Shown here: piece after piece, positions 47,001-54,877 of the stretch
How positions within the stretch are numbered: position 1 is the stretch's first letter
Layout of the letters: every line of letters begins with the position of its first letter
Assembly: GCA_050011355.1 (NCBI GenBank)
Contig: JBEKJG010000009.1
Location: 13,521 to 77,520 of the forward strand
DNA from: Thermoplasmata archaeon
Lineage (GTDB): Archaea; Thermoplasmatota; Thermoplasmata; Lutacidiplasmatales; UBA184
Length of the DNA: 64,000 bases
Direction of reading: 5' to 3'
Notes under the pieces: model-generated
Databases searched by the model: none
What the model was told of the DNA's origin: nothing
What the model saw: the letters and a program-made list of their open reading frames with translations, nothing else
Program-made: the position numbers and the translations under genes

Positions 47001-48245
47001 TTGGGGTTATCTTCCGGAGGGCGTCGGACCGCCGTGTCCGACGCATCCTTTCCCTCCTCGCTCCGCCTCATCGGACGCCACGTCGAGCTGCATCCGGCCG
47101 CGGCGTGGATCCGCCGGTGGTTCCGAACGGGCGAAGTGGGGCCCGACCTCCCGTTCGCGACCGTCCTGCGCTCGACGGGGGCGCCGATCGGGATGACCTC
47201 GTTCCTTCGCCTCGACCGGGCCAGCCGGGGAGTCGAGATCGGCGGAACGTGGCTTCACCGCGCATTCTGGCGTACGGCGGTAAACACCGAGGCGAAGTTC
47301 CTCATGCTCCGGTACGCATTCGAGGAGGCGGGTATCCATCGGGTCCAGCTCCAGACCGACCTCCGCAACCTCCGATCCCAGCGCGCCATCGAGGGGTTGG
47401 GGGCGTTGCGAGAAGCCCGACTTCGCGAGGACGTCCTCCTGCCGGACGGTTCGTTCCGTACGTCCTGCTACTTCAGCATCCTCGAGGATGAATGGCCGGC
47501 GGTGCGGGCCCGCTTGACCGCTCGACTCGATCGACCTTGGTCGGCTCAATCGCCCGACGGCGGCCCGGCACCCGCGTTCTTGCCCGAACCGATCCCCGCC
47601 GCCCGCCCTCGGGTAGAACCTCCGCCGATTCGATTCCGGCCCCCCGTCCGCCTTATGGGGCAGACGATTCGGCTCGTGCCCCTCGAGCGATTCCACCTAC
47701 CCGAGCTCACCCGGGTGGGGGCCGCCCCGGAGATCTGGACCTGGCTGAGGATCCGCCACGGGGATACCCCGGAGGGAATGGCAGGCCTGGTCGACGACCT
47801 GCTTTCGCTGCAAGACGCCGGCCATGTCCTTGCCTTCGTCGTCCAGCGGCAGGACGACGACCGGATCTGTGGTGTCGCCCGGTACCTGGACATCGACCGG
47901 GAGAACCGGTGGGTAGAGGTCGGGACGTGGCTGCATCCGGGCGTGTGGCGCACCCCCGTGAACACCGAGCTCAAACTGCTCCTCTTCCGCTACGCGTTTG
48001 AGACGGAACATGCGCACCGCGTCCAGCTCAAGACGGACCTGCGGAACGACCGCTCCCAACGCGCGATCGAGCGTCTGGGTGCGGTCTACGAAGGCGAACG
48101 GAGGGACCACTACCGATTCCCGAACGGCGATTATCGGACCTCGAAGTACTACAGTATCCTCGGCACCGAGTGGCCCACGGTGCGCGAACGGCTCGAAGGG
48201 TTCTTGCGGCGTCCGTGGACGACCGCGCCTGCGGGCGACCCGTAG
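47001..48245 (+). CDS. Tandem-GNAT (RimJ/RimL-like) N-acetyltransferase fusion; start uncertain (TTG 47001 or GTG 47034)
   Basis: Two homologous halves: EIGGTWLHRAFWRTAVNTEAKFLMLRYAFEEAGIHRVQLQTDLRNLRSQRAIEGLGA and EVGTWLHPGVWRTPVNTELKLLLFRYAFETEHAHRVQLKTDLRNDRSQRAIERLGA. Each ends in ...YFSIL..EWP.VR.RL...L.RPW. Confidence 0.7.
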   Translation: MGLSSGGRRTAVSDASFPSSLRLIGRHVELHPAAAWIRRWFRTGEVGPDLPFATVLRSTGAPIGMTSFLRLDRASRGVEIGGTWLHRAFWRTAVNTEAKFLMLRYAFEEAGIHRVQLQTDLRNLRSQRAIEGLGALREARLREDVLLPDGSFRTSCYFSILEDEWPAVRARLTARLDRPWSAQSPDGGPAPAFLPEPIPAARPRVEPPPIRFRPPVRLMGQTIRLVPLERFHLPELTRVGAAPEIWTWLRIRHGDTPEGMAGLVDDLLSLQDAGHVLAFVVQRQDDDRICGVARYLDIDRENRWVEVGTWLHPGVWRTPVNTELKLLLFRYAFETEHAHRVQLKTDLRNDRSQRAIERLGAVYEGERRDHYRFPNGDYRTSKYYSILGTEWPTVRERLEGFLRRPWTTAPAGDP

Positions 48246-48298
48246 GGGGTGCTCCGGCGCCCTATGGTGCCCCAGGTCCCGAGCCAGGCCCTCGCGGA

Positions 48299-49124
48299 CT
48301 AGGTGGACCCGTCGGGAGCGGGGAACTTGGGGGAACGTTTCTCCCGGAACGCCCGGATCCCCTCGGGGAGCTCGGAGTGTTCCGCGGCGTCGACCATCCC
48401 ACGGCGTTCGAGCGCGAGCTGGGTCTCGAGGCTGGCGCTGAATGCCGAGACCATCAGTCGCTTCATCCAGCCGTACGCCCGCGTCGGTCCGAGGGCAAGC
48501 TCCTCGGCCCGAGCCCACGCCCGGTTCATCGGCCCGAGCCCACGCCCGGTTCATCAGTTGGTCCGCGGGAACGACCTCGTGGACCAGTCCGAGCTCCCGG
48601 GCGCGGTCGGCGGCTACCCGCGCGTTCGTGAACAGGAGTTCCTGGGCGAGGCCGATCCCGAGGAAGTGGGGGAGGAAGTAGGTGAGTCCCCCGTCGGGGA
48701 CCGCACCCAGCGAGGGGAACGCCGGAACGAGGACCGCGGTCTCGGACGCGATCCGCCAGTCGGCCGCCAGGGCCAACGAGAGTCCGCCGCCGGCCGCCAC
48801 CCCCGGAAGGGCGACCACGACCGGCTTTCGCATCGTCAGGATCTCTCGGACCGAGGTCTCCTGCTCTCCGGTGAGCTCATGGAACAGCTGGGGAAGATCA
48901 CCGCGGACACGGTGTTCCTCCATCGTGGCCACGTCTCCGCCGGCGCAGAACGCCGTTCCGGCCCCGGTGAGTAGGACGCATCGTACCTTCAGGTCGACGG
49001 AAGCGGCCTGGAGCACTCGGCGGAGTTCCTGCATCGACGGCACGTCGAGTGCATTGAGGCGCCCGGGGCGATCAATCACGATGGCGAGGACGCTACCCTT
49101 CCGCTCCGTTCGGATTGAAACCAC
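48299..49124 (-). pseudogene. Enoyl-CoA hydratase/isomerase (crotonase) gene disrupted by a 25-bp tandem duplication (frameshift)
   Basis: N-terminal part runs from GTG 49124 (VVSIRTERKGSVLAIVIDRPGRLNALD...FCAGGDV...AAGGGLSLALAADWRIA). The C-terminal part is the separate 76-aa ORF 48299..48529 (...EGIRAFREKRSPKF). Removing one repeat copy gives 801 nt = 266 aa. Confidence 0.75.
48506..48555. repeat. Perfect 2 x 25-bp tandem duplication GGCCCGAGCCCACGCCCGGTTCATC
   Basis: Read directly: copy 1 is 48506-48530 and copy 2 is 48531-48555. The preceding TC (48504-48505) also matches the unit end. Confidence 0.95.
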
Positions 49125-49245
49125 TTCTGAACCCCCTCGACCCACCACCGGTCCCCTACAAAGGTAGTTCTCCCGTTCCAAAGGGCGGAGGACGTCCTCT
49201 CACCCCGAAGACCCCTTCCAACAACGAACACCGATCGAGCAAAGA

Positions 49246-49974
49246 CTAGACGGGTGATGGCGCGGCCGCGAGCAGGTAACGCGGGGCCAGTGGGGCTCGG
49301 CCCCAGGCGTTGGTCAAGCCCTGGAGGTACGGGAGCGGGAGGTTTCGCAGCACGGGGAGATCCTCCCACCCAGTCGCCCAAGTCGTCAGAACGACAAACC
49401 CAGCCTCGGACAAGATTTCCCGCAGCCGGGCGAGGGTCCAGAGGTATCCCGGTTGAGCGTGCGTTCGAACGACGGCGGGATTCTCCCGCATGAACGTAAT
49501 CCGGCTTGCCAGGGCCGAGCCGTGCAATGAAGCCCCCACATCCCACGCGAGCGTACCGGCGCTGGGCCGGGTGACGGCCGAAAGGATCAGAGTCCCGTTC
49601 GGCCTAATCACCCGCCGCATCTCTCGAAACGCCCTCAACGGATCTACGAATCGGTGGACAATCCGGATTAGGACGACGGTCGAGAATGCGGCGTCCGCGA
49701 AGGGGAGCCGGTTCGCGTCAGCTCTGGCGAAGTGGATTGCAAGGCTGGCCGGTCCCATCGACGTGCGCACAGAACGGAGTCGACTCGCCTCCAGGTCAAT
49801 CCCCACCGTGGTCGAGGAACGTGCCGCTAAGAGTGGAGTAAGCCGACCTTCTCCAGTGCCGACCTCGAGCGTCATGGTTAGGTCTGCGGCGTCCATGAGG
49901 AGTGAAAGGATGCGACGTTCGACCGCCGTTGCTCGCTCAGAAGATTCGGGGGGTACGTCCGCCACGCCCACCAC
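49246..49974 (-). CDS. Class I SAM-dependent methyltransferase
   Basis: Motif I LEVGTGEGRL, acidic loop GIDLE, post-I/II ...ADANRLPFADAAFSTVVL...IRPNGTLIL. Several in-frame GTGs at 49974-49963 make the start uncertain. Lower GC than the core genes. Confidence 0.7.
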   Translation of the reverse strand: MVGVADVPPESSERATAVERRILSLLMDAADLTMTLEVGTGEGRLTPLLAARSSTTVGIDLEASRLRSVRTSMGPASLAIHFARADANRLPFADAAFSTVVLIRIVHRFVDPLRAFREMRRVIRPNGTLILSAVTRPSAGTLAWDVGASLHGSALASRITFMRENPAVVRTHAQPGYLWTLARLREILSEAGFVVLTTWATGWEDLPVLRNLPLPYLQGLTNAWGRAPLAPRYLLAAAPSPV

Positions 49975-50078
49975 CAGGAGGCCTTCGCAATTTAGGAACG
50001 CCGACGTCAGTGGTCCCGGGACGGCGCGTTAAAGCCCACCCGGGGATGCAGGCCCTTCGTGAAAAAAGGTCGGACCGA

Positions 50079-51245
50079 ATGAAGACCCAAGCGAATCTCG
50101 AGCCCCTACGCCTTCGCACCTCGACCGGACTGGTGCCGCTCGCCTATGTCCGCGAGGGCCCGCGTGTGTGGCTCGTAGCCCAGTACGGCGCTGCGCGATG
50201 GGCAGTCGAGATCCTCCGAACCGGACGCGCAGAGTTGGAACTCCCCGAGGGTGCGCACGCCGGGGGCTGCCGGCTGGTCGCGGAGAGTCTCCACCGGGCG
50301 GCGGTGCTCGACCGGTTCACCGAAAAGTACGGTGCCGATCAAGTCGCTCGTTGGTTTCGTCCGGCCGGGCGGGTCGTCGAGGTTGTCTTGGGGTCTGTGG
50401 CTCAGGGCGGAACCGGCGCAACAGCCTACTTCGAATGGCTCGAGGCCGAGTTCGATTCCATCGCGGCAGACTACGACCGCCACATCCTGGGCAATCGAAT
50501 CAACCGACTACTCAGGGACCGGTCCGTCGCGTTCATGCGCAGGCACCTGCCGCCGGCAGGCCGCCTCTTGGAGATCGGGTGTGGGTCCGGTACCGAAACG
50601 CTCGAGCTGCTCGCGGACGGCCACGAGATCGTGGCGGTCGATATCTCCCAAGCGATGCTGGATACCGTCGTGACTAAGGCTCGGGGTCGCGGACTGGAGG
50701 CGAGACTGCGGGTGGTGAAGCTGCGGGCGGGCGAACTCGACCGCCTGCTCGCGCAGGAAGGTCCTCGTGCCTTCGACGGGATCTACTCCACGTACGGTGC
50801 GCTCAACTGCGAACCCGACCTCACTCCCCTGCCCCCGACCGTTGCGGCCCTCTTGCGGCCGGGCGGCCTCTTCGTGGCCGGCGTGTTCAACCGATGGTGC
50901 GGGTTCGAGATGGGGGTCTACGGCCTACTGATGCGACCGCGCAGGGCCTTCGGACGTTGGGGTCGCCCCGTGGCGGTAGAAGCTTCGCGATTCTGTGTGG
51001 ATGCGTTCGCCTACTCGGTGCCCGAGTTCTGTCGGATCTTTTCCCACCATTTCAGGGTGGTCGCGGTCGAGGGAGCCCCGGTACTACTTCCCCCGTCCGA
51101 TCTGACCCGGTACGTGGAAATGATAGCCCGACGTTTCCGAACGCTGGACGCCGTGGACGCCGCCATCGGACGTCGCTTCCCTTTCAGCTGGCTCGGGGAT
51201 CACTTCCTCGTGGGGATGGAACCGTCGATCCGCCGAGGTGGCTGA
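50079..51245 (+). CDS. Fusion protein: N-terminal ~110-aa DUF385-like split-barrel domain plus class I SAM-dependent methyltransferase
   Basis: ATG 50079 is preceded by AAAGGT; the track ORF starts at 49902 inside the opposite-strand gene. MTase motif I LLEIGCGSGTETL and VAVDIS; N-domain LVPLAYVREGPRVWLVAQYGAARWAVEILRTGRAELEL. Confidence 0.65.
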   Translation: MKTQANLEPLRLRTSTGLVPLAYVREGPRVWLVAQYGAARWAVEILRTGRAELELPEGAHAGGCRLVAESLHRAAVLDRFTEKYGADQVARWFRPAGRVVEVVLGSVAQGGTGATAYFEWLEAEFDSIAADYDRHILGNRINRLLRDRSVAFMRRHLPPAGRLLEIGCGSGTETLELLADGHEIVAVDISQAMLDTVVTKARGRGLEARLRVVKLRAGELDRLLAQEGPRAFDGIYSTYGALNCEPDLTPLPPTVAALLRPGGLFVAGVFNRWCGFEMGVYGLLMRPRRAFGRWGRPVAVEASRFCVDAFAYSVPEFCRIFSHHFRVVAVEGAPVLLPPSDLTRYVEMIARRFRTLDAVDAAIGRRFPFSWLGDHFLVGMEPSIRRGG

Positions 51246-51246
51246 G

Positions 51247-52029
51247 CTACGCTACCGACTCGCTTCGACGGTCGATCAGACGCCACCGGTCGGGGCGGGC
51301 GTACCCGCGAAGGAACTTCACCCAGAAGATCGGTGTGTACGCTATGTTCCGGAGGCTGCGGCTGTTGAGATGGATGAGCAGTATCACGAGTAGAGAGTAC
51401 CCGATTTCGGACAAGCTTCCGCCGGCCACCAGCCGGGTCTGGGCCCCCTGCCACTCGGGCCACGTGCGCACCCTCCGGAATGTGCCCCGGTGGTCCATCG
51501 CCTCCGGCACGTAGCGCACTTTTAATCGCTGACGGCGAGCGGCCATACGAAAGTTGTAGGTCTCCTGACCCTGCCCTTGGGTCGCCATTCCGGCCCGGCG
51601 GCCCCAGTCCACCCGAAAGAGGGTGAGGCCGAGCGGAAGTCCGTACTCGAACGGGTGCCCCTTTGCGGTACCGACGACCGCCGCCGTGCGCGGACGGTGC
51701 AGCAGCTCGAACGCTCGGGAAAAGAAGTCGGGGCGGCGAAGGATCACGTCGCTGTCCACAAACAGGGCATATTCGGTGTCTGCCATGGAAAGGGCCCGTG
51801 CGCGAGCTGGCCCCCCGCCGCTCTCCTCGGAGTGCACTTGGGCTCCGAACCGCGCGGCGATGTCGGGCGTCCGGTCCGTGCTGAACCGGTCCACCACGAT
51901 GAGGTGGTGAATCGGAATGTAGGATCGGAGGGCCGAGAGACACGATTCAAGGTAGGCGGCCGAGTTGAAAGTGATCATGAGCACGTCCACCGTCGGGGGT
52001 GGAACCGCCGACCTCTTCGTCGAGTTCAC
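51247..52029 (-). CDS. Family 2 glycosyltransferase
   Basis: VDVLMITFNSAAYLESCL...VVDRFSTDRT...ALFVDSDV (DxD) are GT2 hallmarks. GTG start at 52029. GC of sampled lines is 50-58%. Confidence 0.75.
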   Translation of the reverse strand: MNSTKRSAVPPPTVDVLMITFNSAAYLESCLSALRSYIPIHHLIVVDRFSTDRTPDIAARFGAQVHSEESGGGPARARALSMADTEYALFVDSDVILRRPDFFSRAFELLHRPRTAAVVGTAKGHPFEYGLPLGLTLFRVDWGRRAGMATQGQGQETYNFRMAARRQRLKVRYVPEAMDHRGTFRRVRTWPEWQGAQTRLVAGGSLSEIGYSLLVILLIHLNSRSLRNIAYTPIFWVKFLRGYARPDRWRLIDRRSESVA

Positions 52030-52053
52030 CCCACCCTCAGGCGGAGTTCGGGC

Positions 52054-52058
52054 TTATA
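52054..52058 (-). promoter_or_regulatory. TATA-like element (CCTATAAG on minus strand) 27 nt upstream of the GT2 GTG start
   Basis: A/T core with leaderless spacing. Confidence 0.35.
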
Positions 52059-52352
52059 GGATGGCGGCGGTCCTCCCCGGGTAGAGTAATCAGTGCGCCC
52101 GCTCGCAGCGCCACGTCTCCAAGGGGCCGGCCACCAGCTCCGAGGAACGAAAGATCCGATGCCCGTGATGCGGTGCCACGACGGTAGTTCGGGATGGATG
52201 GCTCGAGACTAGCAGCGAAGGCGGTGGTAGCCCTTGAACGGATAGTACTTCCTCGGAATGAGAATTCACCACAGTAGATTCGGCCCCCATGCGGCCGGCA
52301 CGCGAACGGTAATACCCGAGGCCGACTCGACCCGCGGCTGCGGGGCCCGAGC

Positions 52353-52580
52353 ATGAAGATCTACTCCGAGCGGTTGTTCCTCAAGTATCTCTTCTCCGAC
52401 CACGGGTTCTGTTTCGGGGTCGACATGAAGGACCGGTCATACCTGTTCCTCGGGTCCAAGGCAGGTCTCATCCTGCAGCGTCGACCTGTCGGCGACAAGG
52501 TGGTAGAGAACCTGGATTATGAGATTCCAGAGATTGTCGCGGCGCTCCAGGCCGAGCGCGCGCCGCGGCGCAGTATCTAA
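52353..52580 (+). CDS. Hypothetical small protein (75 aa)
   Basis: ATG ORF in the lowest-GC part of the window. Composition (K, Y, F, L, D rich) is unlike the R/G/P shadow ORFs, so probably real. No family recognised. Confidence 0.35.
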   Translation: MKIYSERLFLKYLFSDHGFCFGVDMKDRSYLFLGSKAGLILQRRPVGDKVVENLDYEIPEIVAALQAERAPRRSI

Positions 52581-52666
52581 GCGGGCTACCGTCGAGGGAC
52601 GGCGGACAGTTCCGAGCACAATCAAGGATATGGCGGGGGGGGCCTGACGGTAGTGGAGCGAACCCA

Positions 52667-53629
52667 ATGGAACGTGGGTTGACCGAGGACCTATCGCCGA
52701 CTGGTTGGTCCCCGCCATCGGTGGCAGGCGACTCCACCGTCGAAGCGCGACTGAGGGTGCTCCTTGAGGTCGCCCAGCGGCACCGGGCTCCGATGTCCCT
52801 CGGACAGTTGGTGGAACATCTCCCGGCGGGGACGGCCTGGACCACCGACCGCGTGGTCTCCTGGGTGGACCGGCACCCGGACTCCGGCCGGGTGGTGGGG
52901 AGCCATGTTCTCCCCGCTCACGACCTCCCGGTACTCGAGCTGGCCGACCGCGCCTCCCGCAGTGAATCGCTCTACGCGGAGGCGGAATGGGCGGTCCGCG
53001 CGCCGCTCCGCACGGCCGCACGGTTCACTCGGTGCCTGGGCGTCAGCGGGTCGGTGGCCTACGGATTCGCTGCGCCGAACGATGACTTGGACTTCTTCGT
53101 GACGACATATCGGGGAACAACGTGGCTGTTCCTGCTTCTGGCCTTCGCCAACTATCGACTCGTACGGCGTCGGGCGCATACCCCTGGGCCCTCTCATTGG
53201 TGCTTCAATTACGTCCTCGACGAGGACGAGGCCACCCGGGAGTACGCCCGGCCGGGAGGCTTGCTGATGGCCCGGGAGGCGCTCACAGTTCGCATGCTCC
53301 GGGGCGATGCGTACTATTGCTCGTTGCTCCAAAGTGCAAGCTGGATGGGCGAGGAGCTGCCCCATGTCTACGCCAAGCGCAGCGAACCGGTCGCGGAACC
53401 AGTACCGGCGGGGCCCCCGGGCGGGGGGATTGCCCGGATCCTCAACCTGCTCGTATTCCCCCTTCTAGCGGCCTACCTGCAGTGCACGGGCTTGGTCCAC
53501 AATCACCGGTTGCGTCGGACCGCGCCCGATCGGCAGTTCGCGACGACCACTACGCTCCGCCGTTTCATGTTACGCAGTCTCCGCTTCGCGGAGCTCGAGC
53601 AGATATACCGATCGAACTCGACCCGCTAG
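52667..53629 (+). CDS. Hypothetical protein: N-terminal winged-helix-like region plus Pol-beta-superfamily nucleotidyltransferase motif
   Basis: GVSGSVAYGFAAPNDDLDFFV fits the minimal NTase signature G[SG]x9-13Dx[DE]. The N-terminus RLRVLLEVAQRHRAPMSLGQLVEHL looks like an HTH. The C-terminal half has hydrophobic segments. Confidence 0.55.
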   Translation: MERGLTEDLSPTGWSPPSVAGDSTVEARLRVLLEVAQRHRAPMSLGQLVEHLPAGTAWTTDRVVSWVDRHPDSGRVVGSHVLPAHDLPVLELADRASRSESLYAEAEWAVRAPLRTAARFTRCLGVSGSVAYGFAAPNDDLDFFVTTYRGTTWLFLLLAFANYRLVRRRAHTPGPSHWCFNYVLDEDEATREYARPGGLLMAREALTVRMLRGDAYYCSLLQSASWMGEELPHVYAKRSEPVAEPVPAGPPGGGIARILNLLVFPLLAAYLQCTGLVHNHRLRRTAPDRQFATTTTLRRFMLRSLRFAELEQIYRSNSTR

Positions 53630-53630
53630 G

Positions 53631-54857
53631 TTAAGGGGCGGCCGGAGGACGCCGGCGCGGGTCCACCGCTGGGGGCGGAGGCTTCGTGGGCGCCGCGGCA
53701 GGCGTCGCCGGAACCTCCGAATCGGGGGTCGATATGTCGACCGGGTCGGGGAGGCCGGGGGTGGCGATCCGGGCCGTCTTCGAACCACCGTAGTTCGTGA
53801 TCATGTCCGTGGAGGAGGCGGACTCCGCGGCGATCTCCTGCTCGATCGACTTGATCTCGGTGACGAGCTCCTCCTGCTTCGGGATGGGGCCGAGGATGTC
53901 GTCCATCGTGCCGATCTGTTTTTCCAGGTCGTCCAGCGAGTTCAGTTGCCGGTCGGGAACCTGGCGGCCGGAACCGAGGTACTCGGACGCGCCCTCCACG
54001 AGGCGAGAGAATTCGAAGGGGAACAGGATCTTGGTCGCCTGGCCGTCGCCGACCTTGGCGACCGTGTCCAGCGAAAGGACCGTGAGCGCCTTCGCGTCGA
54101 GCGTGCTGGCTCCGAGCGAGAGGATCCGGAGGCGCTGGGCCTCTCCCTGGGACTCGAGGATCGTCGCGACCCGGGCGCCCTCGGCCTCGAGGATCTGGGA
54201 CTGCCGCACCCCCTCGGCCTGAAGGATGCGCGATCGCTTCTGCCCCTCGGCGACCAGGATGGCGCTCCGCTTCTCACCGTCCGCCCGAAGGACCGCGGCC
54301 CGGCGCTGCCGTTCGGCGGAGGTTTGCTCCTCCATCGCGGTCTTGACGGGGCCGACCGGGTCGACCTCCTTGATCTCGACCGCATCGACGCGGACCCCCC
54401 ATTTGTCGGTCGCCTCGTCGAGGATGTCCCGGAGCCGGGTGTTGATCCGCTCCCGGTTGTAGAGGATCTCGTCCAGCTCCATGTCGCCGATGATCGACCG
54501 GAGGGTCGTCTGGGCGAGCGCGACGGTGGCGATGTGGTAGTCCTGGACCTCGAAGATCGACTTCGACGGGTCGACCACCTTGATGTAGATGATCGCGTCC
54601 ACGTTCGTGGGCGAGTTGTCCTTCGTGATCACCTCCTGGCGAGGGACCTCCAAGACCTGGGTACGGAGGTCGATCAGGATGACCCGGGCGATCGGGCTGA
54701 CGAACGCCAGTCCCGACTGTTTGATCCCCTTGTAGGAACCGAGGACGGTGACGACGCCCATCTGGTACGGGGAGATCTGGTACATCGAACGCCAGAGGAG
54801 GATCAAGGCGACGATCACCAAGAACGCGCCGAGTACGTAGTATCCCGTGAGATCCAT
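53631..54857 (-). CDS. SPFH/band-7 (stomatin-like) protein with a long coiled-coil and proline-rich C-terminal extension
   Basis: N-terminal TM then ...VVTVLGSYKGIKQSGLAFVSPIARV...TKDNSPTNVDAIIYIKVVDP...TTLRSIIGDMELDEIL...WGVRVDAVEIKEVDP. Confidence 0.88.
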   Translation of the reverse strand: MDLTGYYVLGAFLVIVALILLWRSMYQISPYQMGVVTVLGSYKGIKQSGLAFVSPIARVILIDLRTQVLEVPRQEVITKDNSPTNVDAIIYIKVVDPSKSIFEVQDYHIATVALAQTTLRSIIGDMELDEILYNRERINTRLRDILDEATDKWGVRVDAVEIKEVDPVGPVKTAMEEQTSAERQRRAAVLRADGEKRSAILVAEGQKRSRILQAEGVRQSQILEAEGARVATILESQGEAQRLRILSLGASTLDAKALTVLSLDTVAKVGDGQATKILFPFEFSRLVEGASEYLGSGRQVPDRQLNSLDDLEKQIGTMDDILGPIPKQEELVTEIKSIEQEIAAESASSTDMITNYGGSKTARIATPGLPDPVDISTPDSEVPATPAAAPTKPPPPAVDPRRRPPAAP

Positions 54858-54877
54858 CTATTGCTCCTACCTTTCGA

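Noticed and set aside
47697-49181. 494-aa minus-strand ORF that seems to extend the crotonase gene across the GNAT gene
   Set aside because: Only the first ~200 codons after GTG 49124 are crotonase-like. Past the 25-bp duplication the frame is nonsense that happens to stay open, antisense to the GNAT gene.
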